Source: Raillietiella orientalis (lineage: Eukaryota). From it: a stretch of 64,000 nt of DNA. The translations under genes and the position numbers were made by a program. The notes beneath the pieces are model-generated. The model saw only the letters and a program-made list of their open reading frames with translations, searched no databases and was not told where the DNA came from. Location: contig JAYWIR010000046.1 in NCBI GenBank assembly GCA_036172245.1, positions 1,116,001 to 1,180,000 of the forward strand, written 5' to 3'. Positions 1 through 13,100 of this stretch are shown piece after piece; the first letter of the stretch is position 1, and every line of letters begins with the position of its first letter.

Positions 1-395
1 ATGTATGTACAAATAAACTGCTATTATATATAATAAGCTTGCATATTTATTTTCCATTATGTTTATAATATTTATTAGTCTACATACATTTATTAATGTA
101 TAATAAGTATGTGTATGTGTAAATGTATAATATTTATTGATTATAATCTTTGTAATACATATTGATCCGTATATTAATCTTTATATAAATATATACATAT
201 ATGAGTGCATATAATAAGCACATGTATTTATTTTTTTATAATATTCCGTATACATGCCGATAATATGATCAACAACTTATGAATTATATTAATAAAATAT
301 ATGTCAATAAATATATACGTTCAAGTAATAATACTGTCAATAATGTGCATGTTAATAAATATGAAGAACTATACACATTGAAAAAATTGCATATT
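1..395. repeat. AT-rich low-complexity, degenerate (TA)n/(TATG)n purine-pyrimidine tract
   Basis: Seen directly: very low GC with repeated atatat/atgtat/tacata words. The start of ORF 279..602 is a low-complexity translation of this tract. Confidence 0.85.
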
Positions 396-880
396 AATCT
401 ATGTAGAATAATATCCACATACTACATCTTATGGTCTTTCGGGATTTCGATCGTTCGCAGTTGTGAACCAAACCCTCTGGAGAAAGGAGGTCTAGCCGTA
501 CCAGATGAGTCGTATCTTGATTATTTCTTTGGATTCCCCTGCTTCTCAGGACAACGGTCTCTCCGTGCATTCTTATCACAACACGCTTCAAGCGTTACCT
601 GATCCAATGATAACGCAGGTGTCGTACTCGAACGGCTTCCTACCAAGTTAGACTTTCTGTCTTTGAGGATTTCTCAAAGTCCATGAGCCCTACCGCGACT
701 TTCTCTCTTCGCAGCTTCAGTAAGGCATCTGAGAAGTAGTTGCATGCCTAAGGATGGGAAAGTTTGCTCAAAGGAAGCCGTTTGGCTGATTGACAGATTC
801 AGAGGAAGTTTTTTGGGGCAGATGATACATATGCTCTCAATGCATTCGGGATTAAGATCTTCAAATGATCTACTCTGACA
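395..880 (+). mobile_element. Decayed L1/Tx1-like LINE ORF2 fragment (post-RT region)
   Basis: Translation YILWSFGISIVR...PLEKGGLAVPD (474-506) matches the L1/Tx1 F(I/L)W...P.EKGGLG.PD motif. In-frame stops follow. Confidence 0.6.
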
Positions 881-2139
881 CAACTTTTGATCCTAACAAG
901 GATCGCATTCATATGTCCAAGGACAGCGTCTTTTAATTCATCACAGAAGCTTTTGAAACCAGAGTTTTAGGAAGTACGAAACAAAATTCGAATAAAATTC
1001 GTGTCAGCGGACATTCCATTCACTAGTCTACTTTAAAGTATCATACTGCTTCTGTGCCCTCTATCAGCACTCTCAATTTATACTGCATACATCGTAATTA
1101 ACAACGGTAGATCCATTTAGCATTTCAATGGTTTCTTGTCCACGTATAAACGCAGTTTAGGTCAATCAGTCGAGCACGTATTGCACGAAATATTCCCATA
1201 CTTACTGACACATTTCAAGGTAGCTGCACTGATTGGCAAGTCTACTATCAGGTTAAGTAGGAAGAATTTAACTCATTTTGGGTACTGAATACGAAGATAC
1301 TCCAAACTCTTGAAGCTCATCGATGAAATGGAGCCACTGACCTAAGATCGAGAGGCAAAGACGTATCTAGACTGAATGTCTGTTCTCTCATCAGATCACA
1401 TTCAACTAATCTTTTGAAGCTATCAGAAAAAATCGGTTTTCCAGCAACAGTGTGAGACATACATCCTCATCAAGTGCCGCTAACAGCAACGGTCCCTTTC
1501 CAACCAAAATTATGTGTTCAGAGTCTGGATTCTTCTGGTTCAGAAGTCTGGTTCAGAGAGTTCTGAATTCGTCTTCACTTGAATCTTTGAGTTCAAGATT
1601 GCAAGCACTCGCGTGACCATGTCCTCAAAGAAAAATTCGCAAGTACCTCTCATCAACCTCCAGAAAAAAGGGCGACATGCACTACTCTTAGGGTGGGCTC
1701 AATGATCTTACAATTGTGGTTGCGTTTAATTTGGATCCCGAGTTGACCATTGTGTGAATGGTCCACGTTTGTCCTCCAAGTGATACCTGAGTATTGAGTT
1801 TACTTTTTTGATGTTCATAAACATAAAGACAAAATTATCTTTAATGTATTGGTATGCAACCTTAAGGTAAGTGGGCTTCAAGGTGATGCTCTGAAGTGTC
1901 CATTTAGCATTTCGGTGACAAAGACGTCATGGAAACCAAGCATCTCGGTCGAGCAACAGTTTCACCTACTTAGTCTTGAAAAGCTCGTCGAGGATTTATT
2001 ACCCAGTTGTACCGGGGTTTTCATTCGAAAGAACGAACAAGTTAAGAACGCAGCTCCCAACGGAAAACAGAAAGTCCAAGGGGAGGGTCCGTCGACATTC
2101 AGGGTGGCCTCAAAGTCCGGAACGGGTGAGAGGAGACAA

Positions 2140-3480
2140 TAAATCAATAAATAAAGGGAGGCTGGCTTTGTCCGCCCCTTGGTCCTAGAACCGGTGCAGG
2201 ATGCCGGTGATCTCCATTCTGACTTCTCGTTGGGAGCTCGCTAGCAGCCGTCCTCATGCGGGTGATCTTCCTTCGCTGTGCTTGCGTCTCCGAGACATGG
2301 TGGGCCATGACGATGGCACGGATGCAACATTTCGTTGCTGTCGGAGCGCTTATTGAGTCTGCCGCGCATAAGGGAACGCCACAGCAGGTCACGGGCGCTG
2401 TCCTCCTGGTGCAGGAGCTCTGAAGACAATCTCCACCACGGTTCGTGGAAAGCGTCGCAGTCCGAAAGCAGATGTGGAAACGATTCGATCATCCCGCACC
2501 TAAACAGTTTGAGGATGCAGTTCACTCAGAAAAGTGGTGCCAGAGCTGACTGCTCTGGATTCCCCAATGCAAAAACAGCAGCACCTCGTTCTTACATAGT
2601 ATTACATTGTTTATAGGGAACGTCGACGTCTTCCAGAACCAAGGAAGAACCACAAGTTTTTCGGAGGCAACACTAAGCGATGGTACTCTACACTACGTAG
2701 TCCCTTTGCCTGAGAGTGAAGAACGGCGGAGTTCACCAGCTTGCTCGTCTTCCAGCCGCTCAGGAGTTTGGTCACTTCAGCAATGGTTCAGGAGAACTCC
2801 CGTCCTGCAGATTGGCAACTGTCTCTGCTTGCCATCAGAGCAGACAGAGCTGCAACAAAGGGTGTGGCGACCAGACGGTATTGCTCCGTCTTGCCTTGCA
2901 GTGCATTTTCCATTGGATAGCTCAGGAGACGTCTGCAAGGGACGAGTCTCCTTTCGCTCGTTTGCAGGTTCGCAATCCAGGACACAACCGCGTCCTGCAG
3001 ACAGGCATTCAAGTTCCTTGGGCGTCAGGAGACCATCTGGCTTCCAACAGCAAGGTCAGTTGCTTCAGTGGCAAGTCAAATCATTGAGAACCGCAGCTGT
3101 TGTCGACGTGGAGTGGTTGAGCGAGAAAGAGTTCTTCATCAGAGAAGAAATGAAGTTTTTGAGAAAAGCTATAGGGAGGATGCAGTAGCTCAACAAACCT
3201 GCTGATTTTCTCAAAGGGTATGATCTTTCGAGACAGGTTTGAAAGTTTCGCCGTCTTCGCTGAAAACATTAACGTTGAGTTAGAGCAAAATTTCTCTCCG
3301 TGCCTCACGCACCATTAGCTGCAGAGAGTATCTAATTACCGAGGCGCATTCTGTTTCGCGTTGTCGGCCTTCATCAAGGTGAGAAATTTCTTGGTTTCCT
3401 GCATCATATTAGGAAACACCAGAAGCGTGTGTTTCTCCGCCTTTCCAAAGCATTCAAACAGCTGGAATGTTCCGATTCCT
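2140..3480 (-). mobile_element. Decayed L1/Tx1-like LINE, 3' part of ORF2 including the C-terminal Cys/His motif (copy A)
   Basis: RCGMIESFPHLLSDCDAFHEPWW (about 2435-2502) resembles the C-terminal zinc-knuckle/zf-RVT pattern CxxC..E(S/T)xxHLLxxCxxxxxxW. HWGI lies upstream and CCIRAIV downstream, and a TTTA-rich tail follows the ORF end (about 2140-2155). Collinear with copy B at 15.8-17 kb. Confidence 0.7.
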
Positions 3481-3799
3481 TACCAAAAAGATCCACTTCA
3501 TAGAAAATTTAAAAATACGTGGATGCATTCGGATAGAAAGGGCCCTTTAAGGGGCAGAAAAGACTTCGATCTATAAAAGCACTTTCCAAATAATTGTGAA
3601 TTCCCATGTGATTCAAGATGAAAACAAAAGCTTAGTGTATGGATTTCCATTTCGATTTCAAAATTTTATCCGTAACTACATGCTGACCAAGTCTTTTGAC
3701 GATGTGTGGTTTTAACAAATTAGATATTGTTTAAGTTATAGTTCGAAATTCCAATTAATTTCATCGTCATTTGTGAGAAATGCGGAAAAAGCGCAGCAC

Positions 3800-4800
3800 T
3801 GTAAACTGCTGCTTTATTCGCAGAAGATGGTTATTAAGATCGGCCATGGCAGCAGCAAGAAAAAAAATCACTGGATCAACAATCTGATGCGCTTCAGTTC
3901 GAACAGATTTCTGAGCATCCTGCTTGCATTATGTTCAGTTTTTTGTATGCACTGCTTCAGATCACCATTACATTTTGTTCATTCATGATTCGAAATGTAA
4001 ACCACCAAAATGATGCTGAAAGGTGCAATCGGGTGATAGATAAAAAAGAAAAAAGACAAATTAATCCGTGGATCTCTTCCGTCAACTGCTGCAAATACAA
4101 ATTAAGCGACAAAGGAAAAACATTTGCGAAAGTTGAATGCAGTATTTCCTCTTTCATGTTGGGTAGGTCCATCGTGTTGCTACATGCCCATATTTAGCAC
4201 CACAGAAACGAGAGTATTTGATGCCTTACAACAACAAACTGAAGAAAGTAAACTATTTACTCTTCCTACAGGTCATACAATGGATGGCAGCCACATTGGT
4301 ATTCAGATGTGATCTGCTGATGTATTCTGTTTAGGTGACGGGTCGCACTTTTTCCGTTTTATTCCTGAAGCGCATAAATTATTGATTTACTATTAGAGAG
4401 ATGTGAAGTATTTGGAGTGGGAAGCCCAAGCACATTTTCTAATTCTTTTTGAAAACTTGTCAAGCTTTGGCTGTTTCCTTTAACTGTGCCAAGCTTTCCA
4501 TACGAAAAAGCACTGATCCAGAGAGAAGGAATCACAAGGTGATTCAGCTAGCGAGCGTTGGCTCTCTTTATGGAAAGGAAAATAAGCAACAATTCTTCAA
4601 ACGAGAGCAAAAGAGATCCAGACTGTCTTTGAAACTGCTCCTCTGGAAACTCACTTTACATTTTGAGCTGCCTGTTATCAATCAGCTGGCACCAGAATTC
4701 AGAAAAGGGGAGAAAAAGGCTGAGGGTTTCATTTAATTTGCGAGGTCGTCCTTGAATACATGAAAAAACTTGGGTGCTAATAGGAAAGAGTTGAAAATGG
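3800..4800 (+). mobile_element. Decayed CR1/L2-like LINE ORF2 fragment (linker to RT start)
   Basis: KKNHWINNLM and INPWISS resemble the PWI linker. RKSTDPERRNHKVIQLASVGSL resembles K..D..NYRPISLLS..SK. Highly degenerate. Confidence 0.35.
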
Positions 4801-6249
4801 AAATGATAACTCACCATCGAAGTTTTTTTGGGAGGCAAAGAAGACACAATACAAGCGTGCAATCGAGTGATAACAAACTGACGTGCAGTAAATATAACTT
4901 ATGAAGATTAATCTCGAGTTTTCCACATTTGGTGGTATTAGGCCACATCTGTGACTACGCTGCTGCTTATGTATTTTTTCAAAAATGAAATTCCACAATA
5001 ATCTCTTTTTCTTGTTCATGTTTTTCTCGTTGCAGATTGTAATTTAGATTTCAGCATTCATCTTAATTTGAGGTTTGCTGAAACTGAATTTAGAGTCATC
5101 TCGATGAGGATTCTGTTGCTTCTGTAAAATTCTTAATGTTGATATTCCGTTCACAATATCTGTTTTGGCTGGGGAATGACATTTCACTGATTTTATTATA
5201 ACATCTATGCATGATCCATCACATGAAATAATTTTAATGCTTATCTGACTACAGGTCTCCATTTTCCATTGCAATGCATATCGGATAGATGGATAAAGAC
5301 GATTTCTTATCATATTCAGACAAATGTAAACCTCACAACCATTTCCATGCTTTTAGTTGGCGAGAGAAAAGATACAGTTGTTTTTTTGATCTCTAGAATT
5401 CAAGGCGCGTGACTGCTTAAGTATCTATTTTATTCATAACTGATGCACGTAGATATGTCGAGGATATTTTCAAGATTATGAAAGCATTTTTCACCATAAG
5501 GTGTCATATTAACAAAATGATTTCAATCAGATACTAAACAACTGACAAAAAATTAAAAGAAAATTGAACAGAGACTACAGTCAAGGATCGTAATCGCATA
5601 GCCATTCGTTAGTGAAGTCGTCCAAGCACGAAACCTGAAAAAATGAAAACTAAAGGTTTTTTCCATTTGAGTACAATCACTTCAGAATATCCATAACACA
5701 CAAAATAAGAATAAACTACGAACATGATCGGTGATGGAAATATTTCTTACGAAATCAAAAATAATGATCTTTGAATACGTTTCTTTTCCCCAAACAAAGT
5801 AATTGAGGATATGAGTAATAATTTGATGAGAAATCAATCATGTAGATGTAAAGAAAACAGAAAGAATAACATGCTCGTTAGTTTGGGTGATTATAAGTGA
5901 ATAGTTAGGGCGATAAACGGTTGAACATGAAATCAAAATTCAGAACTATGAGATATCGCATCTGTAATCACATCACCTACAATAACATTGCATTGTTCTT
6001 ACTAGTTGACGATGGATGAAGCTATACTTTGATTGCTTACGAACCTAGGATTTTGTTTATGAAATGGTAATTTAAGTTTGCTACTCCTAGGTCTCTGGAA
6101 CCTGTAAAAACCATTTATTTAGGAGACGCAATATTGGCTAAAGCAGACAATATGTCGAGAATACTTTGACACCGAAAGCCGTTTTTTTCAACTTGTGCGG
6201 CATCAATGAACCCAAGTACTATAAAGAATTCATGTGCAGCGAGCGGCCT

Positions 6250-7480
6250 TTCGCAGTGTGGTCATGGCACCGACATCACGGGTTCCTGGATCAGATGGCT
6301 GGGGATTTGCAACTTTAGGTTTCAGACAACTCGGAGAAGGGTCAAATTGCTCTAGACGTGTATGCAGATTCATGTTTTTCAAGTGAGAGGACTTGGTGAG
6401 TGGTTGTATATCAAACGCCTAGCATATTATTTTCTGGTTTCCATTTCTGGCTTTTAATGTGCACAGCAGCGGAAAGAGTTCGTTTAAAATGCTTTTATGA
6501 AAGAGTATTGGCATCGAGTCATCAGGAGTGTGTTCTTTGGAGGGGCAACCTGCAACCGTTTCCCAGAGGGAGCACGATTTTCGGAGAATCGGCAAGCGAT
6601 AGAAAGGAAAGAATTAATAATTGGGAGTTGCAGAAATTAAATCGAGATGTCAAAAGAATCATTTATGACTCTGTTCCGATTATCGAATGAAAGACCGGCA
6701 CATAAATTGTGTGCTACTAAAAATTTAGAAGCACACAATTTATTGGAGCAATGCAATGAAAATCATTTGCCAATTTCGGGTATATTTTGCGAAATATGGA
6801 AAATTTGAGATCAAGGAGTATTTTGCTTTATTCTATAGGAAGTGAGATCTGGAAGCTGGATTGTTGATAAAACACGTCATGCATATGCAGAAACGAGAAG
6901 AAATCCCTAGAAGTTCTACAAAATAATGGTACTTACGAAAAGTTGAGGAATCGAAAGCAAACGAACTCTTTAGAGTTCTTGGCTACACACTCTCTTACAT
7001 GATAAATTCGTCAAGAAATTCGGTTGTTCTCGCAGCAGGGATCGAATGAGTTTCGTTCACCATATTTTAATCCATGTAATATTAGGTCAGCATCTTTATC
7101 ATCCAGCTACAAGTGCTCGAGAGTACTGAAGTTAGTAACCTTGTAATGGAAGTGTTTTGTACAGAAACTCGCATTTAGTGCAGACTGTTCAATTAAGTAC
7201 CATGCTATCCTAGGGTTTGTATTTGAATCTGGTTCTGGACTCCCAACACATGCTTCGCCTGAGAACCTGATCATCCTGAACACTGTTTTGGTAGGGCTGT
7301 GTGAGACCCCACAAGCCACGAAGAGTCAGTTTTTTGCTGTAGTTGGTTTCGCTTCGAGAGGGTTGTTGCTATGCAGTTCGAAGCAGTAGTGAAATCAGAT
7401 GAAAGCCATGCAATTATGAAAGTGTAGCAAGAAAAAATAATCCAGGATTTTGAAGTCAGGATTCTCACTCCGTCAATTCA
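6250..7480 (+). mobile_element. Decayed LINE reverse transcriptase fragment (L1/Tx1-like)
   Basis: RVPGSDG (6279-6299) ~ KSPGPDG; DVKRIIYDSV (6646-6675) ~ D..KA(Y/F)DSV; KYHAILG near 7200 ~ KYLG. Correct order, frameshifted. Confidence 0.5.
6702..6743. repeat. Near-perfect inverted repeat (20-bp arms, 1 mismatch, 2-nt spacer)
   Basis: ataaattgtgtgctactaaa (6702-6721) / tttagaagcacacaatttat (6724-6743), seen directly. Confidence 0.9.
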
Positions 7481-9099
7481 ACAGGATTCAATTCAGATCA
7501 TTATTTACATAAAAAGCTTCCTTCTCCATTATCATCGGATCACCCACGAAGACCTTAAAGTTGAAAAGGAAAGAATTTTGCATTTTAACTTCTCTATATG
7601 AGCATGCGATTCCGAATTATCGGAAACAATCGCTGCTCGATTCTTGTTTGAAGTCTTAGCCTTAAATTCTCTGGATTAAATCAAACACTGATTCAATTCA
7701 GTGCTTATTAACCTAAAATTATTTCACTTATCGAATTGCGTTTCTCGTAACGTCTGTTCTTAAGAACTGATGAATTCGTTTTGCAATTGTATTTTGACTT
7801 TTGTCTAGAGTAAAAAGAGACACTGCATAGAAATGAAACGTTTTGATTATTTCGTTCCATGATTCCCTTGAGGCTTTTTTCCCCATTGGTTAATGCCTTT
7901 AATGGAATTCTTTTAACACGGATTCAAAGAAGCATCGTAAGCGTGCACACGGGCAACGAGAAATTCAAAACTCTTAGAACAAGGACTTAAATCAGAAAAT
8001 GGAAAATCTGTTCATCTGCAGTCTCGATAACTTTCATAATCTCGTGACACAGAGGAACGTTTCCTTTCGTTCGTGATTTTACGTTGGCTAGCCTCCAAAT
8101 ACCTGGTACGTATTTCTTCCACTGCGAACTCAGCTAAGCGTTCTTATAGAAAAAACAGCCGAAATGGCTCTACGACCTCATCGGATTCCAGTCTTCTGAG
8201 CGCTCATTTGGTATGGAATGAATTCGGTAGCTTCTAAAAAGTACAGCTGGCATTTTTCTGTGAAGACCCGAAAAACTGTACTATTATTACCGAATCATTG
8301 GGATGTCATATGGAAGGATGTTCAAAAGATACAAGAACCGAGTTTGATAAGAAACTGAAAGAAAATTGGCAATAGCGAAAATGTGACATGAATGATAATG
8401 AATCGTAAAATATTCTCCTTAAGCCATAAATGCAGAATGTAGTTCTTTTCAACCTTTCTTCCTTCTTTCCTTTTTTGACAGAATGTCTTCATTCCAATCT
8501 CAAAACTGTGTACCTCATTCAAAGCTCAGCACATTTTCTTCTAAACCAGTCCCAGCATTTCACAAGTACCATGAACACAAGCGTCATACCTTTAGATTTT
8601 CCATTTCTCGCTGTTCTTTTCATGAATCCCAAAATGCACTTTTTTCTCACGAGGAATAGTCTGATTTTTCCAAAAAAAAACTTTATCGACTGTTGCAATC
8701 TGATCCACGGCTTAGAGTCTGTTTGGTGATTCATCTGGCGCCAATTGCAATCAGTGAAGCAGACTAGGAGGCAAAATGCTTCTTATAATACAGAAAGCTC
8801 AAGGCGCCATCATGATCTGTGGTCTACAAATTAGCATTCTGTCGCTGCTACGTAATGTAGATGTTTGCATTGAGCGAAAGTGAATCCAATTCCTCATTGG
8901 GTGAGCATTTCGCTTTCATTAACGAAGCTTTGAATATCTGTGCATTTTTAATGATTTGTGCAGTTTTCAAAAATCAGCTGCAGACAAAATTCGTCTATCA
9001 AGGTGCTGATGCATTAAATCACCTGCTTTTTATTCAGATGCTATTTTTTATTGCTGTATTCATCAAACTTGCGGGATGTTGCTTCCCACTTAAAAAAAA

Positions 9100-10000
9100 T
9101 AAGATTGTATAGAAATTTTTTTGAAATGCAATCTCCAGATCAAAGCCACCTTTGCTCAATAACTGATTGTTTTGAAAAAAACCAATTTGAAACAGCTTTT
9201 AATTTCATTCATGTAAGGAAGGGAAATCGATCAAATTTCATTTCCGAACCAAGGAACTTGGACAACATGCACAAAGCTGGCTACTTTAAAGATGCGGAGT
9301 GAGCCCTTTAAAACCGGCTTGAAAGTGAGTATTTAACTGCAGTGGTACCTCGGTACTCGACGGTGTCGGAACTCGTCAAACTCAGTATTCGTCTCATTTT
9401 GACAAGAAATAATGCTTCGACACTAGGCGCATGCTCCAAACTCAGCATCCCACTCATGATGAAACAAGTGAACGCTTTCGTCTCATGGTGGCTAGCAAAC
9501 AGTGTCAAACACTTCCATAGAGGGCTTCCTGAATCATTCCTTTTTTTGCTATCTGTGTATTTTAAGCGTTAACCTTGGGTCCTAAAATGATACCAAGAAG
9601 CCTAGAAAGGAACTCGTTTGGTACTTGTCGTTTTCGGCACTCGTCACGAGTTCCGGAACGAATTACGAGTAACGAAGTACCACTGTAATTTAATGTTTTT
9701 CTTCTTTCACCATATGCGTTGAATCGGACTTTTAGTCTCAAGGTCAGGAGTGAGACAGTCCAGTTTAAAGCAGCGTATCCAACAGATTTTGAGTAGTCAC
9801 TGATATGCGCAAGAGGCCTTCGTTTCACGACTGATTGTGCAATTCATTATACAGGACATTGTGATTCGGAAGGAAATTTAGTAACTCTCCTTGACTCTTA
9901 GAGTCTGAGTGGTCACTCACTCATAACCGCAAAATTCTTCTTTCCGAAGACCAGGGAACTCAGGTTATAAGAGAAATTGGTCCAATGTTCTACTCCATAC
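9100..10000 (+). mobile_element. Decayed CR1/L2-like LINE reverse transcriptase fragment
   Basis: IHVRKGNRSN ~ PI.KKG.R..N; VPRYSTVSEL ~ GF..RST..L; KGTRLVLVVF (about 9606-9635) ~ QGT.LGPLLF; SPYAL near 9710 at the YADD position. Confidence 0.45.
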
Positions 10001-10149
10001 TTCCAACCTGCACCTTTACCAAGTCTTTGGAAGCCCCGTACCAGTTTAAGGACACATGTGCAGCTGTATAGTCATGCTGTTCCCTAAGTTTCAGGATCAA
10101 CGGTATGAGTCGTTAACGAACGGCAAGAGGAACCAACCAACGTTCTTAC

Positions 10150-11250
10150 TGTCTTGCGTTAATGCGCAAGCACGAGACGTACACTGTTATTTCAGATATA
10201 TGTACATTCACGTACAATCAAGATAACAATTCGACCATGAGGATATCAGGTGAAAAACCTTTCTCATATAAAGGGAGCGAAACCTCCATGCATATGTACA
10301 AAAGATTTGAAGAACAAGAGACTATTTCTTATGTGTAGTTGGAATCTCGTGCCCACAACTGAATTCGCGAGAAAGAAAGTGACCCCGAATCTGGGCTGTT
10401 TCTTTGGAGTCATATCGATTAGATTGCTTTCTATTACTTTTCGTCACTATTTTCAGGGATGCAAACCAGCAGCACAATTGCAGTAATCATGAATGGAAAT
10501 CCAGAAGCACGAAGTCAGCACTCATTGCACACTTGACGGGGTCACTATTCCAACTACCGCATCCTGTTTTCCAGCCATCTTCGGAAGGAAACTACGCTGG
10601 GAGCGAAACTTATACAGCTAGACTCCATACAGCAGCATGCTCTCATTTCAACTGGACGTTGTATTACAGCAGCAATAATCCTGCAGCAATCGGAAAACTC
10701 TCATATGCATGCGCTGAGATGAGCTCCCGGCACATCCTCCTGCTCAATTTGAAGGAGGATGCAAATAAATTAAACAAAATTCCCTCTGCTTTGGTAACAA
10801 AATCGCGAGGCATCTTACTTGGCAGAGATGTCTGAATGCTTCTTCAGTCACAAAATTCGCCAGATGAGGCCCCCACCCTGGGTGAAGGCATCACACAATT
10901 CGGGAACGCATAGGGCCTGGAACAAGAGTCCAGGAAAACGCAAACGCATGCCAGTGCACGCCGTGTTCGACCGCAGCAGGGACGGTGCTACGGAAACGCA
11001 CCCTACCGCGGTGGCAACATTCGAGTGCGCCCTTCCAGCAACGCACGCAAGCACACCAAAGCCACCGGTCCACCGTCCCAACATAGGCGAAAGAGCACAG
11101 GCAGAAAAGCTCGCAGATTGAGATAAAGTGTTGCAGGTGTTGACAAGAAAGCATCGGACCATCATCGCACCTTGCAACCGTCCTTCGTTTCCTGTCTCCT
11201 TCGCGCATCACAACCCAATTTAAATCCGTCGCTGACACGAGGACGCGCAT
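10150..11250 (+). mobile_element. Decayed LINE endonuclease end plus linker (CR1/L2-like), spanning the left GC ramp
   Basis: SYRLDCFLL ~ endonuclease (R/L)LD motif; GNY...SHFNW ~ NY.K....L...DW; PPWVK...RAWNK ~ PW.....AW linker. GC rises from 22/60 (line 10261) to 38/60 (line 10981) along the element. Confidence 0.45.
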
Positions 11251-11429
11251 GGTCCACACGCGTCACACATACACACAAGCAAATATAGCTCGCGTACAAA
11301 TACGCAGCATGAGTGAATGTGCAAATGCATATACATGCGTATGTGTACTGACGTATATCGATAATGACACGAATTCCAGCTAAACGCATCCGAGAATGGG
11401 TGGAGCAGATTTGATAGGTACTCTCGTTC

Positions 11430-13100
11430 ATCCGCTCATGTCCCCGCGCCGGCAGCAGCAGTTGCTGCGCAGGGACAAACGACCCGACCTTTTTCACGTC
11501 CCTCGCCCGCACGAGTTCCCACCGTTCCGCGATTCTCGTCACAGTTGCTCACCCATCGTTTCATCAACCCCGAGACAGAACCGCCCACTTAGCGCTCTCA
11601 TGGAGACAGCATCTTCTTCGCACTTCGCCACCTGTTGCCATCGTAACCATCACCTCGACTTGCAGGACACGAAAGCCGGCTCCGCCGATGGAAGGAGGTC
11701 TCAGTCAGTGAAATCTGCGACGTTGTATTCTACGACCTGCCTGTCGAGGGCCTCCCCCATTCGCTCCCACTTCCGATTCCCCGCAGATTTCTCGCCGCGC
11801 GCGAGATCGGTGCTTCGGTGATCTTCGCTCCCTCAAGGGATACTGCCATCACCTCGGAGGGAGGTCGCTGCTCCGGAGTGACACGCGCGCGCACCGTCTC
11901 TCTCCGGAGTGCGCCCAATACCCTCCCGTCAACATTCTCCGAAGCGTCAGCATGGTCAGCTCCATCCAAAAATTCTACATGGGGTGGTACCCCCCTTTGC
12001 TATTTTCTACCTTCCCTGTACTCAGGAAGCAGGATCACAAGGACGCCAAAGCGTGCTGCTTCCACTTGTCCCTGCGATTGACTGCTGGGAGTGATGACCG
12101 TGAGGGCGGACGAATTGACTGCGGATCGAGGCCAAAGGCGCGCCCAACCTGACCGTAGATCAAGCCGCGACGAACCCAGGAATGAGGAAGCGTGGACGGC
12201 GTCTTGGAGCTCATCCACGTCTCTCTCCGTGCTTCCTCCATGAGGCGACTCGGGTGCCGTCCACGCTACTTGGTGCTGTTACCCAGCCGCCTTCGTCGGG
12301 ATCCCGAGCATGCTCTTGAAGAGTTGGTGCAGCAGCGCCGTGCATCGCCATCCAGCTTCCTATCGAACTCTTTGTTTTTCAGAAAAAAACTTCATGGTTC
12401 TTGCCACAGGGACCGGTCGTAGAGGTGAGCACCGTCCGGACCGAATGCTTCCTCCGAGCAAAAACACGGATACTCTTTCTTTCGTAACCGGCCCACATCC
12501 AGAGGCTGGGAACGTTCGCCGGGGTCCCACCTTTACGAACCGCAGCACCAGACGGTGGTTGCACAAACGGCGCGACATCCTACCCGAATGGCAAGCCAGA
12601 ATTTTTGCACCTCGGTGTCGCCAGCGCACCCCACGGAACCGACCACCACGCGCCCAGCGATAGCTTCCAGCTTTATGCCAGGCGCGGCACGGCCGTTCCG
12701 GACTTTTCCCGGAGGCCCCACTCCCGAACACGAGCTGCAAAATTCGTCGCTCCACGCGAGAGGCACTCCGACAGGCGACACCGGCAGCGTGTCGGCAGGC
12801 GCACCGAAGCTCTGAGCGACAAGAAAATGTGGGAGGCTGCGTCTCGTGCGCGGCCCAACATGTCGCGGCTACTTCGCACCAGGAAACAACCGGGCCAGGA
12901 GAGCACCCTGCCTGGCGTTGCACAGCATCCGGCGCGCGCGAGATTCCAGCATGCGGCACCATCCGCGCGCTCGGGGAGGGAGGGGAAAGGGGTGTTCGCC
13001 ATGAGCAGCGCGCGCTGCAGAGGATCCGCCAGAGTCGACCTGAAGGTTACCCATCGCGGAGGAAGCGACGCCGGCCGCAGCGCCACGAGTCACGAAGACC
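11430..13100 (+). mobile_element. Decayed L1/Tx1-like LINE reverse transcriptase region
   Basis: FPADFS ~ LPAEFY; LPSTFSEAS ~ LP.SF.EAS; QDHKDAKA ~ DYKI.AKA; MRRLGCRPRYL ~ L..LG.GP.F; RRASPSSFLSNSLF ~ RGVRQGCPLSPLLF; NTDTLSFVTGP ~ YADDTL.F..P. All in order across frameshifts. Confidence 0.65.

Noticed and set aside
12000..12330. Gypsy-type RT on the minus strand (VDELQDAV...LDLRSGW)
   Set aside because: Spacing to the upstream motif is wrong and no YxDD follows. The plus strand gives a longer ordered L1/Tx1 RT series.
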